From an uncultured Acidobacteriota bacterium (GTDB lineage: Bacteria; Acidobacteriota; Thermoanaerobaculia; Thermoanaerobaculales; Sulfomarinibacteraceae), in contig CAVWAW010000010.1 in NCBI GenBank assembly GCA_963753035.1, positions 466,093 to 530,092 of the forward strand: a DNA stretch of 64,000 bases, in the 5' to 3' direction. The number at the start of each line of letters is the position of its first letter. Position 1 is the first letter of the stretch. This document shows, piece by piece, positions 23,648 to 34,802 of this stretch. A model generated the notes under the pieces. It saw only the letters and a list, made by a program, of their open reading frames with translations, ran no database searches and was not told the origin of the DNA. Position numbers and translations under genes: made by a program.

Positions 23648-23710
23648 ATCTGCGGTTTCTCCGAGCGATGGATCCAGCATCCAGCATCCGGTATCGAGTA
23701 TCCTTCCCCG

Positions 23711-24923
23711 ATGAATCGCGTCACCCAAGTCCTTGCAACGACCAACGAGATCAGCCTCAAGGGCGGCAACCGCAAGTGGTTCGAGCGGAAGTTGACCGAA
23801 AACGTCCGGCGCGCCCTGGCTGACCTCCCCGTCGCCGCGGTCACCCGACCGGCATGGCGGGTCCTCATCAGCTTCTCCAAACCGGTCGACTTCGCCGAAG
23901 CCGCGCGCCGGTTGCATACGGTCTTCGGTCTCGGCGCCATCATGGCCGTGGAGCACGCCGGATTCACCATGGCCGATCTCGAGGCCGCCATCGAACCTCA
24001 GCTCGAAGGTCTCTCACCCGCCACCTTCGCGGTCCGCTGCCTTCGCTCCGACAAGACCTTCCCCATGACGACGCCCGAGATCGAGCGCTCGTTGGGTTCG
24101 TTTGTCCAGGACAAGACCGGCTGGCCGGTCAGGCTGAGTGGTCCCGATCTCACCATTCACGTTCTGGTCGATGAGAACGGGCATCTTCACTTGGACCAAG
24201 AGAGTCCCCGGACCCGGCGGCCTCCCCGTCGGGGTGGGCGGCCGAGCCTGCTGCCTGCTCTCGGGCGGGATCGACTCTCCGGTCGCCGCCTACATGATGA
24301 TGAAGCGTGGGATGCGACTCGATTTCGTCCATTTCCATTCGGTCCCTCGCACCGATCCGGCGAGCCTCGAAAAGGTCCACGATCTGGTGCGGGTTCTCAA
24401 CCGCTACCAGGGTCAAGCTCGACTCGCCATGGTTCCCCTGCTCGAGATTCAGGAACAGATCGCGGCCCGGTGTCCGGCCCCGCTCAGGGTCCTGCTCTAC
24501 CGCCGGTTCATGTTCCGGCTCGCCCAACGGGCGGCGCACCGATTCAACGCCCGCGCGCTGGTCACCGGCGAGAGCCTCGGCCAGGTGGCGTCCCAGACCA
24601 TCGAGAACATGGCGGCCATCGAGGCCGTGACATCGCTTCCGGTGCTCAGACCGCTCATCGGTCTCGACAAACAACAGATCATCAACATCGCCAGGATGGC
24701 CGGTTCATTCGAGCTTTCGATCCTCCCCCACTTCGACTGCTGCTCCTTCCTCATGCCCGAGAACCCCGCCACCAAGTCCTTCGCCGATGAACTCGACGCC
24801 GCCGAGGCGGGACTCGATGTCGACAGCCTGGTCGCCGATGCCATCGAACGAACGGAGATCTTCCGCATCAAAGACGCCGTCGCCTGGGAGGAGATCCCCA
24901 TCCCCGAGGAAGCTGCGGTATGA
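23711..24923 (+). CDS. thiI: tRNA 4-thiouridine synthase ThiI (no rhodanese domain; one frameshift ~24170)
   Basis: EISLKGGNRKWFE, THUMP region, GPGGLPVG, LLSGGIDSPVA, TGESLGQVASQT, RPLIGLDK, DCC. Confidence 0.92.
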
Positions 24924-25552
24924 GCGAGAAAAACCGATCCTCCCGTCGCGACTTTCTCACCTCGTGGTTCGACACCTTCCGCGATGCCTCCAAGGTCGTC
25001 GCCAAGGCCGGGAAACCGGACCCCGCCAAAGTACTTCGACCACCCGGCGCCCTCGCCCCCGACGATGGCTTTCTCGCCGCCTGCACCCGGTGCGGTGACT
25101 GCATTCCGGTCTGTCCGGTCGAGGCCATCATCACGATCGAGGAAGAGGACGGACGAAAGCTGCCCGCCATCAACCCGAACGTCAAACCGTGCCGCCTGTG
25201 CGACGATCTCCCGTGCATCGCCGCGTGTCCCGATGGCGCCCTTGTCGCCCCCGAGGGTGGTCCGGAGCGAGTCCGAATCGGCATCGCCAAGGTCGATCCG
25301 AGGCATTGCATCACCTTCAAAGGCGAACTCTGCACCCGCTGTTACGACGCGTGCCCCTATCCCGACAAAGCACTCATGATGATCGGCTGCCGGCCTCTCG
25401 TCGGATCGGGCGCCTGCACCGGCTGCGGTCTCTGCGAGTTCGCCTGTCCCACCCACCCGAAAGCCATCGTCATCGTGCCCGAGCGCGATCTCGTGCCCGG
25501 GCTCCGGGTTCCGCGGAACGAGTACACGGGTCCGGACAAGTGGATGGGGTAG
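24920..25552 (+). CDS. NapG/MauM/NapF-like 4x[4Fe-4S] ferredoxin-type protein
   Basis: SRRDFL, LRPPGA, CTRCGDCIPVCP, CRLCDDLPCIAACP, C..ELCTRCYDACP, CTGCGLCEFACP. Confidence 0.88.
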   Translation: MSEKNRSSRRDFLTSWFDTFRDASKVVAKAGKPDPAKVLRPPGALAPDDGFLAACTRCGDCIPVCPVEAIITIEEEDGRKLPAINPNVKPCRLCDDLPCIAACPDGALVAPEGGPERVRIGIAKVDPRHCITFKGELCTRCYDACPYPDKALMMIGCRPLVGSGACTGCGLCEFACPTHPKAIVIVPERDLVPGLRVPRNEYTGPDKWMG

Positions 25553-25948
25553 CGGGCCGCCGCTTCGCGCCCGCCCGCTACCCCAATTATGAATTCTCAA
25601 TTATGAATTTTGAATTTCATCGCAGGGCTGCGGAGCGTATGGCGTTCTGACTGACAGAAAGCGCGAAACGTGCTTGACCGTTTCCGTTAGCGGAGCAGCG
25701 TCCGAGGCAGCGGCAGACGCCAGCGACAGGAGCCGGCGTCCGGGGCAGCGCCAGGAATCAGCGTCAGGAAACAGCGACAGCAATCAGGGGCAGTCATCAG
25801 CGATCGATGCGCCCTCCTGGACCCGATGTCCATCGGTCACCTCCGGGTCGTTCAGGAGCGGTGATTAGTCGATGTGAAGTCCGAGCCATGACCTGGCGGT
25901 TGGTCAACCCTACACCGTGAGGCGATTTCTCCGTAGCCTCCATTGCGA

Positions 25949-26320
25949 GCGGAAAACCCCGCCTCAACGGGGTGCCGGGTCCGTTTTTGTGCAGCAACGA
26001 CCTCTCGGCACCGCCTCGCCTCGCGCACAAAATGCGGACCGGGCTCCCCCGGGGAGCGCCATGAGGTCAGCTCTCCCGGCTACGAGGCAGGCCACCGGCG
26101 TACCATCGGCGTGGTCGCAGCCCTCCCAATCAACCCACGAGCGACCACGCCGATGGTGCGACGCTGGGCCGCTGGGACGCATCAGTGTCACAGCGGCCCA
26201 GAAGGCCGGTGCCGAGGGCAGGGTCCGTATCCGCGGGCGATAGAACCAACCCGCATCGTTACACCACCATCGCCGACGGGACGTCGGCGCTACAAGCGTC
26301 ACGGCGGCCCAAAAGGCCGG
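25949..26320 (+). repeat. ~270-nt structured repeat copy H (25949-26209) plus REP unit
   Basis: gcggaaaaccccgcctcaacggggtg...cccagaaggccgg, then gccgacgggacgtcggcgctac. Confidence 0.88.
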
Positions 26321-26346
26321 CGTTGAGGACAGGATCGGGCGTCGCG

Positions 26347-27348
26347 TTAGAGCTGCGTCTCGACCTTGAGCTGGCGGGTCATGAGCTCCTTGAGGGCGTC
26401 TTTGGGGTCGATCTGGCCGGTCAGAATCCGCGCCATGCTCTGGGTGATGGGCATCTCGACCCCGAGCTTGGTGGCGAGTTTGGCGGCTGCCGGAGTCGTC
26501 CTCACGCCTTCGGCGACCTCCCGCATGGAGCCGAGAATCTCGTCGAGAGACTCCCCTCGCCCGAGGCGTTGGCCGACCTGGCGGTTGCGCGACAGGCCTC
26601 CGGTGCAGGTCAGCACGAGGTCGCCCATCCCGGCGAGACCGCGGAAGGTGTCCGGCTCGGCGCCGAGGGCAACTCCAAGGCGGGTGTTCTCGTGCAGACC
26701 GCGGGTCATGAGGGCGGCCTGGGTGTTGGCGCCCAACCCGAGACCATCGATGATCCCGGCGGCGATGGCCACGGTGTTCTTCAAAGCACCGGCCAACTCG
26801 ACACCGATGAGATCACCTCCCGCATAGCACCGGAGGTGGTAGTCCGAGAACTCCTCCTGGAGCCTGCGTGCGAGATCCATGTCCCGGCAGGCGAGGACGG
26901 CGGCCGACGGATCGCCGCGCACGACTTCGATGGCGAAGGTCGGCCCGGACAGACAACAAAACCTCTCCTCGGGGATGCCCAACGCATCCGCCGCCAACTC
27001 ATCCATTCGCCGCAGACTCTCGGTTTCGATTCCCTTGGACGCCGATACCACAACCGTTTCAGGCCGCAGATACGGTGCGAGCCGTTCCATCACCGCGCAA
27101 CTGAATTGGACCGGCACCACCCAGATCCAGACATCGGCGTGAATCGCCGCTGCCTCGAGATCGCTGGTGCTTCTGATCGCAGGGTGGAGTTCGGCATCGG
27201 TGAGGAAGATCGGGTTCCGGTGATCGGCGTTGATTCCTGCGGCAACCTCGGGCTCGAGCGCCCACAGCAGCACATCGTGCCCGCGGCGGGCCATCTGATG
27301 TGCAAGAGCGCAGCCCCAGGAACCGGCACCGAAAACGGTGATCTTCAT
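26347..27348 (-). CDS. gpsA: NAD(P)H-dependent glycerol-3-phosphate dehydrogenase
   Basis: GAGSWG, SASKGIE, LSGPTFA, GALKNTVAIAAG, GLAGMGDLVLTC, SRNR. Confidence 0.95.
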   Translation of the reverse strand: MKITVFGAGSWGCALAHQMARRGHDVLLWALEPEVAAGINADHRNPIFLTDAELHPAIRSTSDLEAAAIHADVWIWVVPVQFSCAVMERLAPYLRPETVVVSASKGIETESLRRMDELAADALGIPEERFCCLSGPTFAIEVVRGDPSAAVLACRDMDLARRLQEEFSDYHLRCYAGGDLIGVELAGALKNTVAIAAGIIDGLGLGANTQAALMTRGLHENTRLGVALGAEPDTFRGLAGMGDLVLTCTGGLSRNRQVGQRLGRGESLDEILGSMREVAEGVRTTPAAAKLATKLGVEMPITQSMARILTGQIDPKDALKELMTRQLKVETQL

Positions 27349-27351
27349 GCA

Positions 27352-27954
27352 CTACCTCCAGAATCCGGGACCGAGACGCTGCTCTTTCCCAGTGACAAGA
27401 TTGCGGATGTTCGAATGGTGTCGAAGGATGATCAGGATGGCCGCCGCAGCAACCGATGCAAGGGTGACCCAGTCGGGGTGATCCAGCAACTGGATGAGAA
27501 CCGGAAAGCTCGCCGTGGCCGTCATGGATGCCAGTGAAACCCACCGGAAGAGCCCCAACATTACGATCCACACTCCGAAAGCCGCTGCCGCGCTCAACGG
27601 GGCGATCACCAGGAAGGCGCCGAACCCGGTTGCCACCCCCTTGCCGCCACGAAAAAGGAGCCACGGCGGGAAGCAGTGGCCAGCAACGACCGCCAACATA
27701 GACGCAGCCAGCCAGGCGCTTTCGGGGTTGAAGATCATCATCGCCCAAACCGCCAGCGAACCCTTGGCAATATCGAGCACGGTGACCGCTACACCGACCT
27801 TCCACCCCGCCGATCGAAGGGCGTTGGTGGCGCCGACGTTGCCCGATCCCTCACGGCGGACATCGCGGCCGGTGACGTAGCGAACGAATATGTAGGCAAA
27901 AGGGATCGAGCCCACGAGGTAGGCAAATCCTACGAGTGCAAGCTCAACCATCAT
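27352..27954 (-). CDS. plsY: Glycerol-3-phosphate acyltransferase PlsY
   Basis: YLVGSIPF, GSGNVGATN, DIAKG, GHCFP..FRGGKGVAT, RHHSNI. Confidence 0.95.
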   Translation of the reverse strand: MMVELALVGFAYLVGSIPFAYIFVRYVTGRDVRREGSGNVGATNALRSAGWKVGVAVTVLDIAKGSLAVWAMMIFNPESAWLAASMLAVVAGHCFPPWLLFRGGKGVATGFGAFLVIAPLSAAAAFGVWIVMLGLFRWVSLASMTATASFPVLIQLLDHPDWVTLASVAAAAILIILRHHSNIRNLVTGKEQRLGPGFWR

Positions 27955-28520
27955 TCCAGCGGAAACCTCTCCAGGGGAGTGTACACCGCACCACCCGGTC
28001 GGAGATCGCTTGAAAAGAGCACAACCTCCCTGCATGTAAACAGATCGAGTTCGAGGCCTCTCCCCCACTCGATGAATCGCTCCACCGCGTTTCGTGGCCA
28101 GGCCCGGTCAAGGCGGGCCTGGGTCAAATGCAGCGACCACTCCCGATTCTCGCGAGGATACCCGGAGGCGACCGCGGCATCCTCCACCGCAGCGGCCACC
28201 GCGGCTCCGCCCGTGGCCTCTCCGCCGATCCAGGCGACCCGCGGCCGGCGCTCCGACGGGAAGAAACCGGCGCCATGAAGGCGAATTGTGACCGCAGACA
28301 TGTTGGCCACCCTTTCGGAGATCTCCTTCTTCAACCGGGTCATCTTCTCCGCCGACGTCTCGCCAAGGAACCTCAGAGTCAGATGCTGACCCTCGGGCCG
28401 GGTCCATCGGGCGCGCGGCAGCTCGGACTTGAAGTTGTGCTGCTCGCGCCTGATCACCTCCCGGATCCGCTCAGGCATCTCCAGCGCAACGAAGGCGCGC
28501 ACCGCGGCACCGTCGCTCAC
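27951..28520 (-). CDS. thpR: RNA 2',3'-cyclic phosphodiesterase (2H family)
   Basis: RAFVAL and two HxT motifs (HLTLRFLG, HLTQAR); directly downstream of cinA. Confidence 0.9.
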   Translation of the reverse strand: MSDGAAVRAFVALEMPERIREVIRREQHNFKSELPRARWTRPEGQHLTLRFLGETSAEKMTRLKKEISERVANMSAVTIRLHGAGFFPSERRPRVAWIGGEATGGAAVAAAVEDAAVASGYPRENREWSLHLTQARLDRAWPRNAVERFIEWGRGLELDLFTCREVVLFSSDLRPGGAVYTPLERFPLE

Positions 28521-29773
28521 GGCGAGTCTGCAGCCATCCGGCGGCGCAGGAGATCGAGGGCGCTGTTGAGGCTCCACTCGCGAACCACCGAGCGATCACC
28601 CGGGAAGACCCGGTGCTCGGCCCAGACGCCTCCGGGTCCGGCAACCGCCCAGTGAACCAGCCCTACCGGCTTGTCCTCGGTTCCTCCGGTCGGTCCGGCA
28701 ATCCCGGTGATCCCGATCCCCCAATCGGCTGCGAGCCGGGTACGGACCCCGGATGCCATGGCGCGCGCCACTTCCTCGGAAACCGCGCCGTGATCCACGA
28801 GCACATCGATTGGAACCCCAAGTTGGTGTTCCTTGACGTCGTTGGAATAGGACACCACACCGCCGACAAAGGCATCCGACGCCCCCGGCACATCGGTCAG
28901 TCGGGCGCTCACCAGACCGCCGGTGCAGCTCTCGGCCGTGGCGAGCGTCTGACCGCGTCGCCGCAGCGCCTCAATGGCGACTTCGGCCAGACCGGTGGCA
29001 TCAACGCCGGCAAGATCGTCGCCGAGAACCTCTTTGAACGCGCGTTCCATGACATCCAGGTGGTTCCGGGCGCTGCCTTCCTCGCCTTCAGCGCTCAAGA
29101 CCAGGCGAACCACGCCGTAGGACGCGAGGATCGACACATTCTCGCGGCCGAATCGATCGTAGAGATGGCGCACGCTCTCCTCGACATCGGATTCAAAAAC
29201 CCCTCCGAGCACCAGAGTTCGCCGGACCCGGACCGCGCCTGGATTCCACAACACGAGTTCGGGCAGAAGATCACGATCGAGCATCTCCTCCATCTCCCAC
29301 GGCGGGCCCGGCAGAACCGCCAACAGCCGGCCGCGCAGATCGATGAGCATGCCGGGAGCGGTGCCGCGGTTGTTGAGGAGCAGCCGGCTTCCTTCGATGA
29401 CCCGGGCCATCGCGGGTGCGTAGACCGGCATCTCGCGGCCGCGAGCGGCATATCGATCGCGGACCCATCGCTCGACCTCGCGGCTCTGGCGAATCGGCCG
29501 ATCGAGGGCCCGGGCGACCCCATCGCGGGTAACGTCATCGGCCGTCGGACCGAGTCCCCCTGTCACCACCACGAGATCATGACTGACGAGGAGATCTCGA
29601 ACGGCCGCCGCGATCCCTTCAACATCATCCCCGATGACCCGTTTCTCATCCACGGCGATCCCATAGCCGGCAAGGGCGCGGGTGATGGTCAACGAATTTC
29701 GATCAAGCTTCTCGTCACCGAGCAGCTCCGAACCGACCGCGAGACAGGCCGCGGTTCTTCGGTCTTTGCTCAT
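28517..29773 (-). CDS. cinA: CinA / nicotinamide mononucleotide deamidase-related protein
   Basis: GSELL, TGGLGPTADD, GTAPG, LPGPP, ATAESCTGG, HGAVSEEVA, ITGIAGP. Confidence 0.93.
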   Translation of the reverse strand: MSKDRRTAACLAVGSELLGDEKLDRNSLTITRALAGYGIAVDEKRVIGDDVEGIAAAVRDLLVSHDLVVVTGGLGPTADDVTRDGVARALDRPIRQSREVERWVRDRYAARGREMPVYAPAMARVIEGSRLLLNNRGTAPGMLIDLRGRLLAVLPGPPWEMEEMLDRDLLPELVLWNPGAVRVRRTLVLGGVFESDVEESVRHLYDRFGRENVSILASYGVVRLVLSAEGEEGSARNHLDVMERAFKEVLGDDLAGVDATGLAEVAIEALRRRGQTLATAESCTGGLVSARLTDVPGASDAFVGGVVSYSNDVKEHQLGVPIDVLVDHGAVSEEVARAMASGVRTRLAADWGIGITGIAGPTGGTEDKPVGLVHWAVAGPGGVWAEHRVFPGDRSVVREWSLNSALDLLRRRMAADSP

Positions 29774-30123
29774 GGGTGCCTCCGGCCGCCATGATACGCG
29801 GGCTTGGGTTAGAGTTAGAAGGTCAGAAGGTCAGACGTGAGAGACCGAGAATGGAAAAGAGGATTATGGTCGATCTCGTCGCGCCCGGACCCTCTCACCT
29901 TCACTCGTTCCGGCTTTCTTTCATACCTGCTCATATTTTCAAGTCTCATTTCCCAAGTCCTGTCTTTCTTGCCTCGCGTTCTGCGAATCCCAGCCCTATC
30001 GTTTACACATCGCTGCGGCAGCGCTATATTCAACGCTGGTACATTCTCTTTAACCGGGGGACCATTGCGATTTCGAAGGTCGTCATCGTCGTGGTGTCAA
30101 TGTTGTTGGAAGGGAGCGAAAGC

Positions 30124-32571
30124 ATGAAGGCGTCCGTTTGGAAACTCACTTTGTTGATCGTCGCCGTGGCGGTCGTCGCGACAGGTCAGACCGCCCAAGT
30201 CAACAACTCGGGCATGGTCGCCGTCAACGATGGTCAAAGCGTCACCACCGACCCGTTGACCGTCACTCGGGATGGTCAAGGCATCTGGTTCATCGAGGGC
30301 GGAACGCTGTACGACGTCTTTGAAGCGATGGGCTACGAGGTTGCCACGGACCGGTTGTGGCAAATGGACATCTTCCGGCGTCAGGGACGCGGACGGCTTT
30401 CCGAGCTTCTGGGTTCGAGCATGATCTCGAGCGACGTTTTTCTTCGCACGATCGACTACTCGGACGACGAATACGCCGCAATGTTCAGCGGACTCTCGGA
30501 GGATGCCCAGACCGTCCTCACCGCTTATACGGCCGGCATCAACCGGCGCATCTCCGAATTCTATGCGGGTAACTGGATGCAGATGCCGTACGAGTACTGG
30601 CTGTTGGGCCTGCAATCGGTGTTGCGGGGTCCCGGACTCCCGGTGCTTCCGGCACCATGGGCACTCAACGATGTAATGGCCACTGTATCGCTGCACCTGC
30701 GCGGATTCGACCCCGAAGGCCAGATCGGTCCGACGGGCCAACTCGACAACGCGGGATTGGTGCAGGCCCTCGGAGCCGCCTACCCAACCGAGTACGGGTT
30801 GATGTTCCAGGACCTGCGTTGGATCAACGACCCTGATGCCCAGACCATGATCCCCTCGGGCGTCAAATCGGCCCCGGCTCAGGCCCTCGATCCGGCACTT
30901 GCACAACAGATCATGGCGTTGCCGAGTTTCTCCGACGTCACCGGGCGGTTGAATTCCCGAACCACCACTTTGATTCGGCAGATGGAGGAACTCAACGCCC
31001 GTGTGAAAATGGGCAGCTACGCATGGGCCATCTCGGGTGACAGGACCGCCACCGGCAACCCGATGCTGTATTCCGGACCGCAGATGGGCTTTTCGACACC
31101 GTCGATCATCCAGGAAGGTTCAATCCGCGGCGGCGGGCTCGAGATTTCCGGGATGGCCTTCCCGGGCACGCCCGGCTTCCCCATCGGTCGCACCCCGCAC
31201 CACGCATGGTCGATGCAGGTCGGTCACGCCCACACCGTTGACTTCTATATCGAAGCTCCCCAGAGCGTCAACATCGTCCGTTTGGAAACCATCAAGGTCT
31301 TCGGCGAAGCAGATGTGGTGATTCCGATCCCCCGGAGCTCGCACGGCCCTGTCGTCGACCCCATGCCCTATGACCCCACCAATCCGCCGGCAATGGCGGT
31401 GGCATGGGCCTACTCACACTGGGAAAAAGAGATTCAAGCGATCGAGACAATGCTTCACCTAGCCCGTGCGGAGAGCATTGCCGAGTTCGACGCTGGAATC
31501 GAGATCTTCCCCGTGAGTCAGCACACGACCTATGCTGACCGCGACGGTAACATCGCGTATTGGATGTCAGGCTATGATCCGATCCGGGCCGCTGGAGTGG
31601 ACCCGAGATTGCCATCCATCGCCGACGGCACCACCGAGTGGACCGGAGAGCGCCGGGCACGGGTTCACGACTCCAACACCGCCCAGGGCTACTACGGCGG
31701 CTGGAACAACAAGTCTCAGGCCGACTACAACAATGCCCCCAATAGCTATGGCTACTATCTCGGGCTCGCCCACCGGGCGTGCGTCATCGATGACTACCTC
31801 TCGACACACGACGAGTTGACCTTCGAGGAGGTGCGCGACCTCGCCCTCAACATCGCCACGACCGACAGCTTCGGCGGCGGCGGCAACACCTGGTCTTTCG
31901 TCGCCGATGCGTTTTCAGCTGCGGTCGCGGCGGATCCAACCGCGGATCGGCAGGCTGCGGTGGACATGCTCCAGGCATGGGACGGTCATTTCGTGGATGG
32001 TGGCCCGGCCGAATGGCGCATGGGAACCGCCCGTGCAGACGCCTGGGTGCTCCAGGATGCGTGGATCAAGGAAGTCCTGCGTTTGACTTTCGAGGATGAG
32101 TTCACGACCGCCGGTCTGGACTACGGCGCTCAAAGAGACTCCGTCAATTTCAATGTTCTTCTTCGCGCCCTTAGCCCGGGCTGTGCGTTGCCATGCTTCT
32201 ACGACTGGTTCCAGGACAAATCGGACTCGGGCAAACCCACCACAGCCGAGGATCTCATCATCCTGGCCCTCGACAACGTGCTCGCCGACATGGGTCTGGG
32301 ACCCTACGGCGCTGAACGGGGCTGGATCACCTACAGCCACCAGGTATTCGGCCAGATGTGGCAAACTCCGTGGTCGGCCAGGTCCACCTACGCCCAGTGT
32401 CTGGAATTCGACATGAACGGACCAGTCCGCATCGAGACCATGTTCCCGCTCGGCGAGTCGGGTTCGGTGCTGCCGGATGCCTACGGGCAGGCGGACATCA
32501 ACCCGCACTTCTTCTCGATGATCCCGGCTTTCGACCCATTCATGCCGCGGCCGTTCCCGCTGTTCGACTGA
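30124..32571 (+). CDS. Penicillin acylase family (Ntn hydrolase), secreted
   Basis: Signal peptide; DRLWQMD, GRLSELLG, beta-chain start SYAWAISGDRTATG, YADRDGNI, WNNK. Confidence 0.9.
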   Translation: MKASVWKLTLLIVAVAVVATGQTAQVNNSGMVAVNDGQSVTTDPLTVTRDGQGIWFIEGGTLYDVFEAMGYEVATDRLWQMDIFRRQGRGRLSELLGSSMISSDVFLRTIDYSDDEYAAMFSGLSEDAQTVLTAYTAGINRRISEFYAGNWMQMPYEYWLLGLQSVLRGPGLPVLPAPWALNDVMATVSLHLRGFDPEGQIGPTGQLDNAGLVQALGAAYPTEYGLMFQDLRWINDPDAQTMIPSGVKSAPAQALDPALAQQIMALPSFSDVTGRLNSRTTTLIRQMEELNARVKMGSYAWAISGDRTATGNPMLYSGPQMGFSTPSIIQEGSIRGGGLEISGMAFPGTPGFPIGRTPHHAWSMQVGHAHTVDFYIEAPQSVNIVRLETIKVFGEADVVIPIPRSSHGPVVDPMPYDPTNPPAMAVAWAYSHWEKEIQAIETMLHLARAESIAEFDAGIEIFPVSQHTTYADRDGNIAYWMSGYDPIRAAGVDPRLPSIADGTTEWTGERRARVHDSNTAQGYYGGWNNKSQADYNNAPNSYGYYLGLAHRACVIDDYLSTHDELTFEEVRDLALNIATTDSFGGGGNTWSFVADAFSAAVAADPTADRQAAVDMLQAWDGHFVDGGPAEWRMGTARADAWVLQDAWIKEVLRLTFEDEFTTAGLDYGAQRDSVNFNVLLRALSPGCALPCFYDWFQDKSDSGKPTTAEDLIILALDNVLADMGLGPYGAERGWITYSHQVFGQMWQTPWSARSTYAQCLEFDMNGPVRIETMFPLGESGSVLPDAYGQADINPHFFSMIPAFDPFMPRPFPLFD

Positions 32572-32588
32572 CAGAACTCTGACACTTC

Positions 32589-32620
32589 AACGGGCCCGCT
32601 CTCATGAGCGGGCCCGTTTT
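32589..32620 (+). terminator. Rho-independent terminator
   Basis: aacgggcccgctc-tcat-gagcgggcccgtttt after the stop codon. Confidence 0.8.
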
Positions 32621-32954
32621 CTATTGTTGCTCGTTGCTCGTTGCTCGTTGCGGTCGCTCGGTCGTTGCGACGAAGTCGTAATCGGTGTCAAACACTTTCC
32701 TGGGGCAACCCCATGACGTTTGTGCGATGAACGAGAAACCAGTGACGAGAAACGAGTAAGCGCACTTCTGGAGGCAATCCCATGGCTTCCACGCGATGAT
32801 CGAGAAACCATCCATCCCCTCGAACCGAGGGTTCCACGCCCGTGATATCTTCAATCAACATTTGCACTGCCCGCCCGAAAACGGCAGAATGCGCGCCGCG
32901 CCCGGACCGCCGGTGTTGATTTGGTGTCGCCGAACCCGGCCCCATGGAGGATCC

Positions 32955-34505
32955 ATGACCATCGAACGCAAGCTCCTCGACCTCGCCAACAAGCGCGAGC
33001 AGGTCCTCGTGGGAGGCGGCGAAAAGCGCATCGCGAAGCAGCACGCTCAGGGCAAGTACACAGCACGGGAGCGGATCGAAAAAATCCTCGACGAGGGCAG
33101 CTTTGTCGAGCTCGACGCCTTTGTCACCCACCGCTGCACCGATTTCGGGATGGACGCCGACCACCCTCTCACCGACGGCGTCATCACCGGTCACGGCACC
33201 ATCGACGGCCGGCGCGTATTCATCTTCTCCCAGGACTTCACCATCTGGGGCGGCTCGCTGTCCAAGGCCTACGCCGAGAAGATCTGCAAGATCATGGATC
33301 TCGCCGTGACCGCCGGCGCACCCATCATCGGTCTCAACGACTCCGGTGGCGCCCGCATCCAGGAGGGCGTTGACGCCCTGGCCGGCTATGCCGACATCTT
33401 CCTCAAGAACGTCCTCGCGTCGGGCCAGGTGCCACAGATTTCGCTCATTCTCGGCCCCTGCGCCGGCGGCGCCGTCTACTCGCCGGCGATCACCGATTTC
33501 GTCATGATGGTCCGCGACACGTCGTATATGTTTCTCACCGGCCCCAAAGTGGTCAAGCAGGTCACCCGCGAAGACGTCACTATCGACCAGCTCGGCGGCG
33601 CCGATGTCCACGCCAGCCGGAGCGGGGTCGCCCACCTCGTCGCCGGCACCGAGGACGAGGCCTTCGCGACGCTTCGTTCTCTCTTCGCCTACCTGCCCCA
33701 AAATCACCTCGAACGACCCCCCGATGCGGCCACCGCTGATCCCCCTGACCGGGAAGACGCCGATCTCAACTTCCTGCTTCCCGACAACGCAAACCTTCCC
33801 TACGACGTGCGAGAGGTGATCACGCGGGTGGTGGATGACGGCGGCTTCCTCGAGATCCAGCCCGATTTTGCACCCAACCTCGTTGTCGGCTTTGCCCGCT
33901 TCAATGGGAGATCCGCCGGCATCGTCGCCAACCAACCTCAGGCGCTCGCCGGTGTGCTCGACAACAACGCCTCGATCAAGGGTGCGCGGTTTGTCCGTTT
34001 CTGCGACGCGTTCAACATTCCGTTGGTCACGCTCGAGGATGTTCCGGGATTCATGCCCGGTACCACCCAGGAGTATGGCGGCATCATCCGCAACGGCGCC
34101 AAGCTGCTTTTCGCTTTCGCCGAAGCGACGGTGCCGAAGATAACGGTGGTCCTGCGCAAGGCCTATGGCGGTGCCTACTGCGTCATGAGCTCCAAGCACA
34201 TCCGGTCGGATATCAATCTCGCCTGGCCCACCGCCGAAATCGCCGTCATGGGCCCCGACGGGGCCATCGAGATTATCTACCGGGCCGAACTCGACGAGGC
34301 CGATGACCGGGCTGCGAAGGCCGAGGAACTCAAACAGCAGTATCGCGATCTCTTCGCCAACCCCTACACCGCTGCGCGAAAGGGGTATATCGACGACGTG
34401 ATCGTTCCCGCCCAGACCCGGTCGCATATCATCAACGCCCTGGAGATGTTGGCCGACAAACGGCAGTCGAACCCGGCCGTCAAGCACTCCAACATTCCCC
34501 TCTAG
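32955..34505 (+). CDS. Acyl-CoA carboxyltransferase (methylmalonyl-CoA decarboxylase alpha / PccB family)
   Basis: [54 protein letters not shown]. Confidence 0.92.
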   Translation: MTIERKLLDLANKREQVLVGGGEKRIAKQHAQGKYTARERIEKILDEGSFVELDAFVTHRCTDFGMDADHPLTDGVITGHGTIDGRRVFIFSQDFTIWGGSLSKAYAEKICKIMDLAVTAGAPIIGLNDSGGARIQEGVDALAGYADIFLKNVLASGQVPQISLILGPCAGGAVYSPAITDFVMMVRDTSYMFLTGPKVVKQVTREDVTIDQLGGADVHASRSGVAHLVAGTEDEAFATLRSLFAYLPQNHLERPPDAATADPPDREDADLNFLLPDNANLPYDVREVITRVVDDGGFLEIQPDFAPNLVVGFARFNGRSAGIVANQPQALAGVLDNNASIKGARFVRFCDAFNIPLVTLEDVPGFMPGTTQEYGGIIRNGAKLLFAFAEATVPKITVVLRKAYGGAYCVMSSKHIRSDINLAWPTAEIAVMGPDGAIEIIYRAELDEADDRAAKAEELKQQYRDLFANPYTAARKGYIDDVIVPAQTRSHIINALEMLADKRQSNPAVKHSNIPL

Positions 34506-34517
34506 GAAGAGCAGAGC

Positions 34518-34802
34518 ATGGACCTCTCCGACGCACTCACCATCACCGGTCTCGGTATGGCGGTGGTCTTCAGCGGGCTCCTGCTGACCGCGGGTCTGAT
34601 CGTCGCGCTCGGTCGCATCGATCAGATCTTCAACCCCCCGCCGACCACGGATGAGGCACCGAGACCCGCGACCTCGCCGGAGGCGGCCGTCGGCCCACCC
34701 GTCAATCCGGAAATCCTGTCCGTCATCACCACCGTCCTCGAGATCGAACGCCGACTCAACCGCATCGGCCGCAGCAGCACCAGGGAGACCGCCGATGAGT
34801 GA
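34518..34802 (+). CDS. OadG-family (gamma/delta) decarboxylase subunit
   Basis: ITGLGMAVVFSGLLL single TM followed by a Pro/Ala linker; operon context. Confidence 0.8.
   Translation: MDLSDALTITGLGMAVVFSGLLLTAGLIVALGRIDQIFNPPPTTDEAPRPATSPEAAVGPPVNPEILSVITTVLEIERRLNRIGRSSTRETADE

Noticed and set aside
32688-34487. 599-aa minus-strand ORF and similar antisense ORFs (57237..59033, 54750..55820, 51042..52067)
   Set aside because: Shadow ORFs of well-supported plus-strand genes caused by high-GC codon bias.
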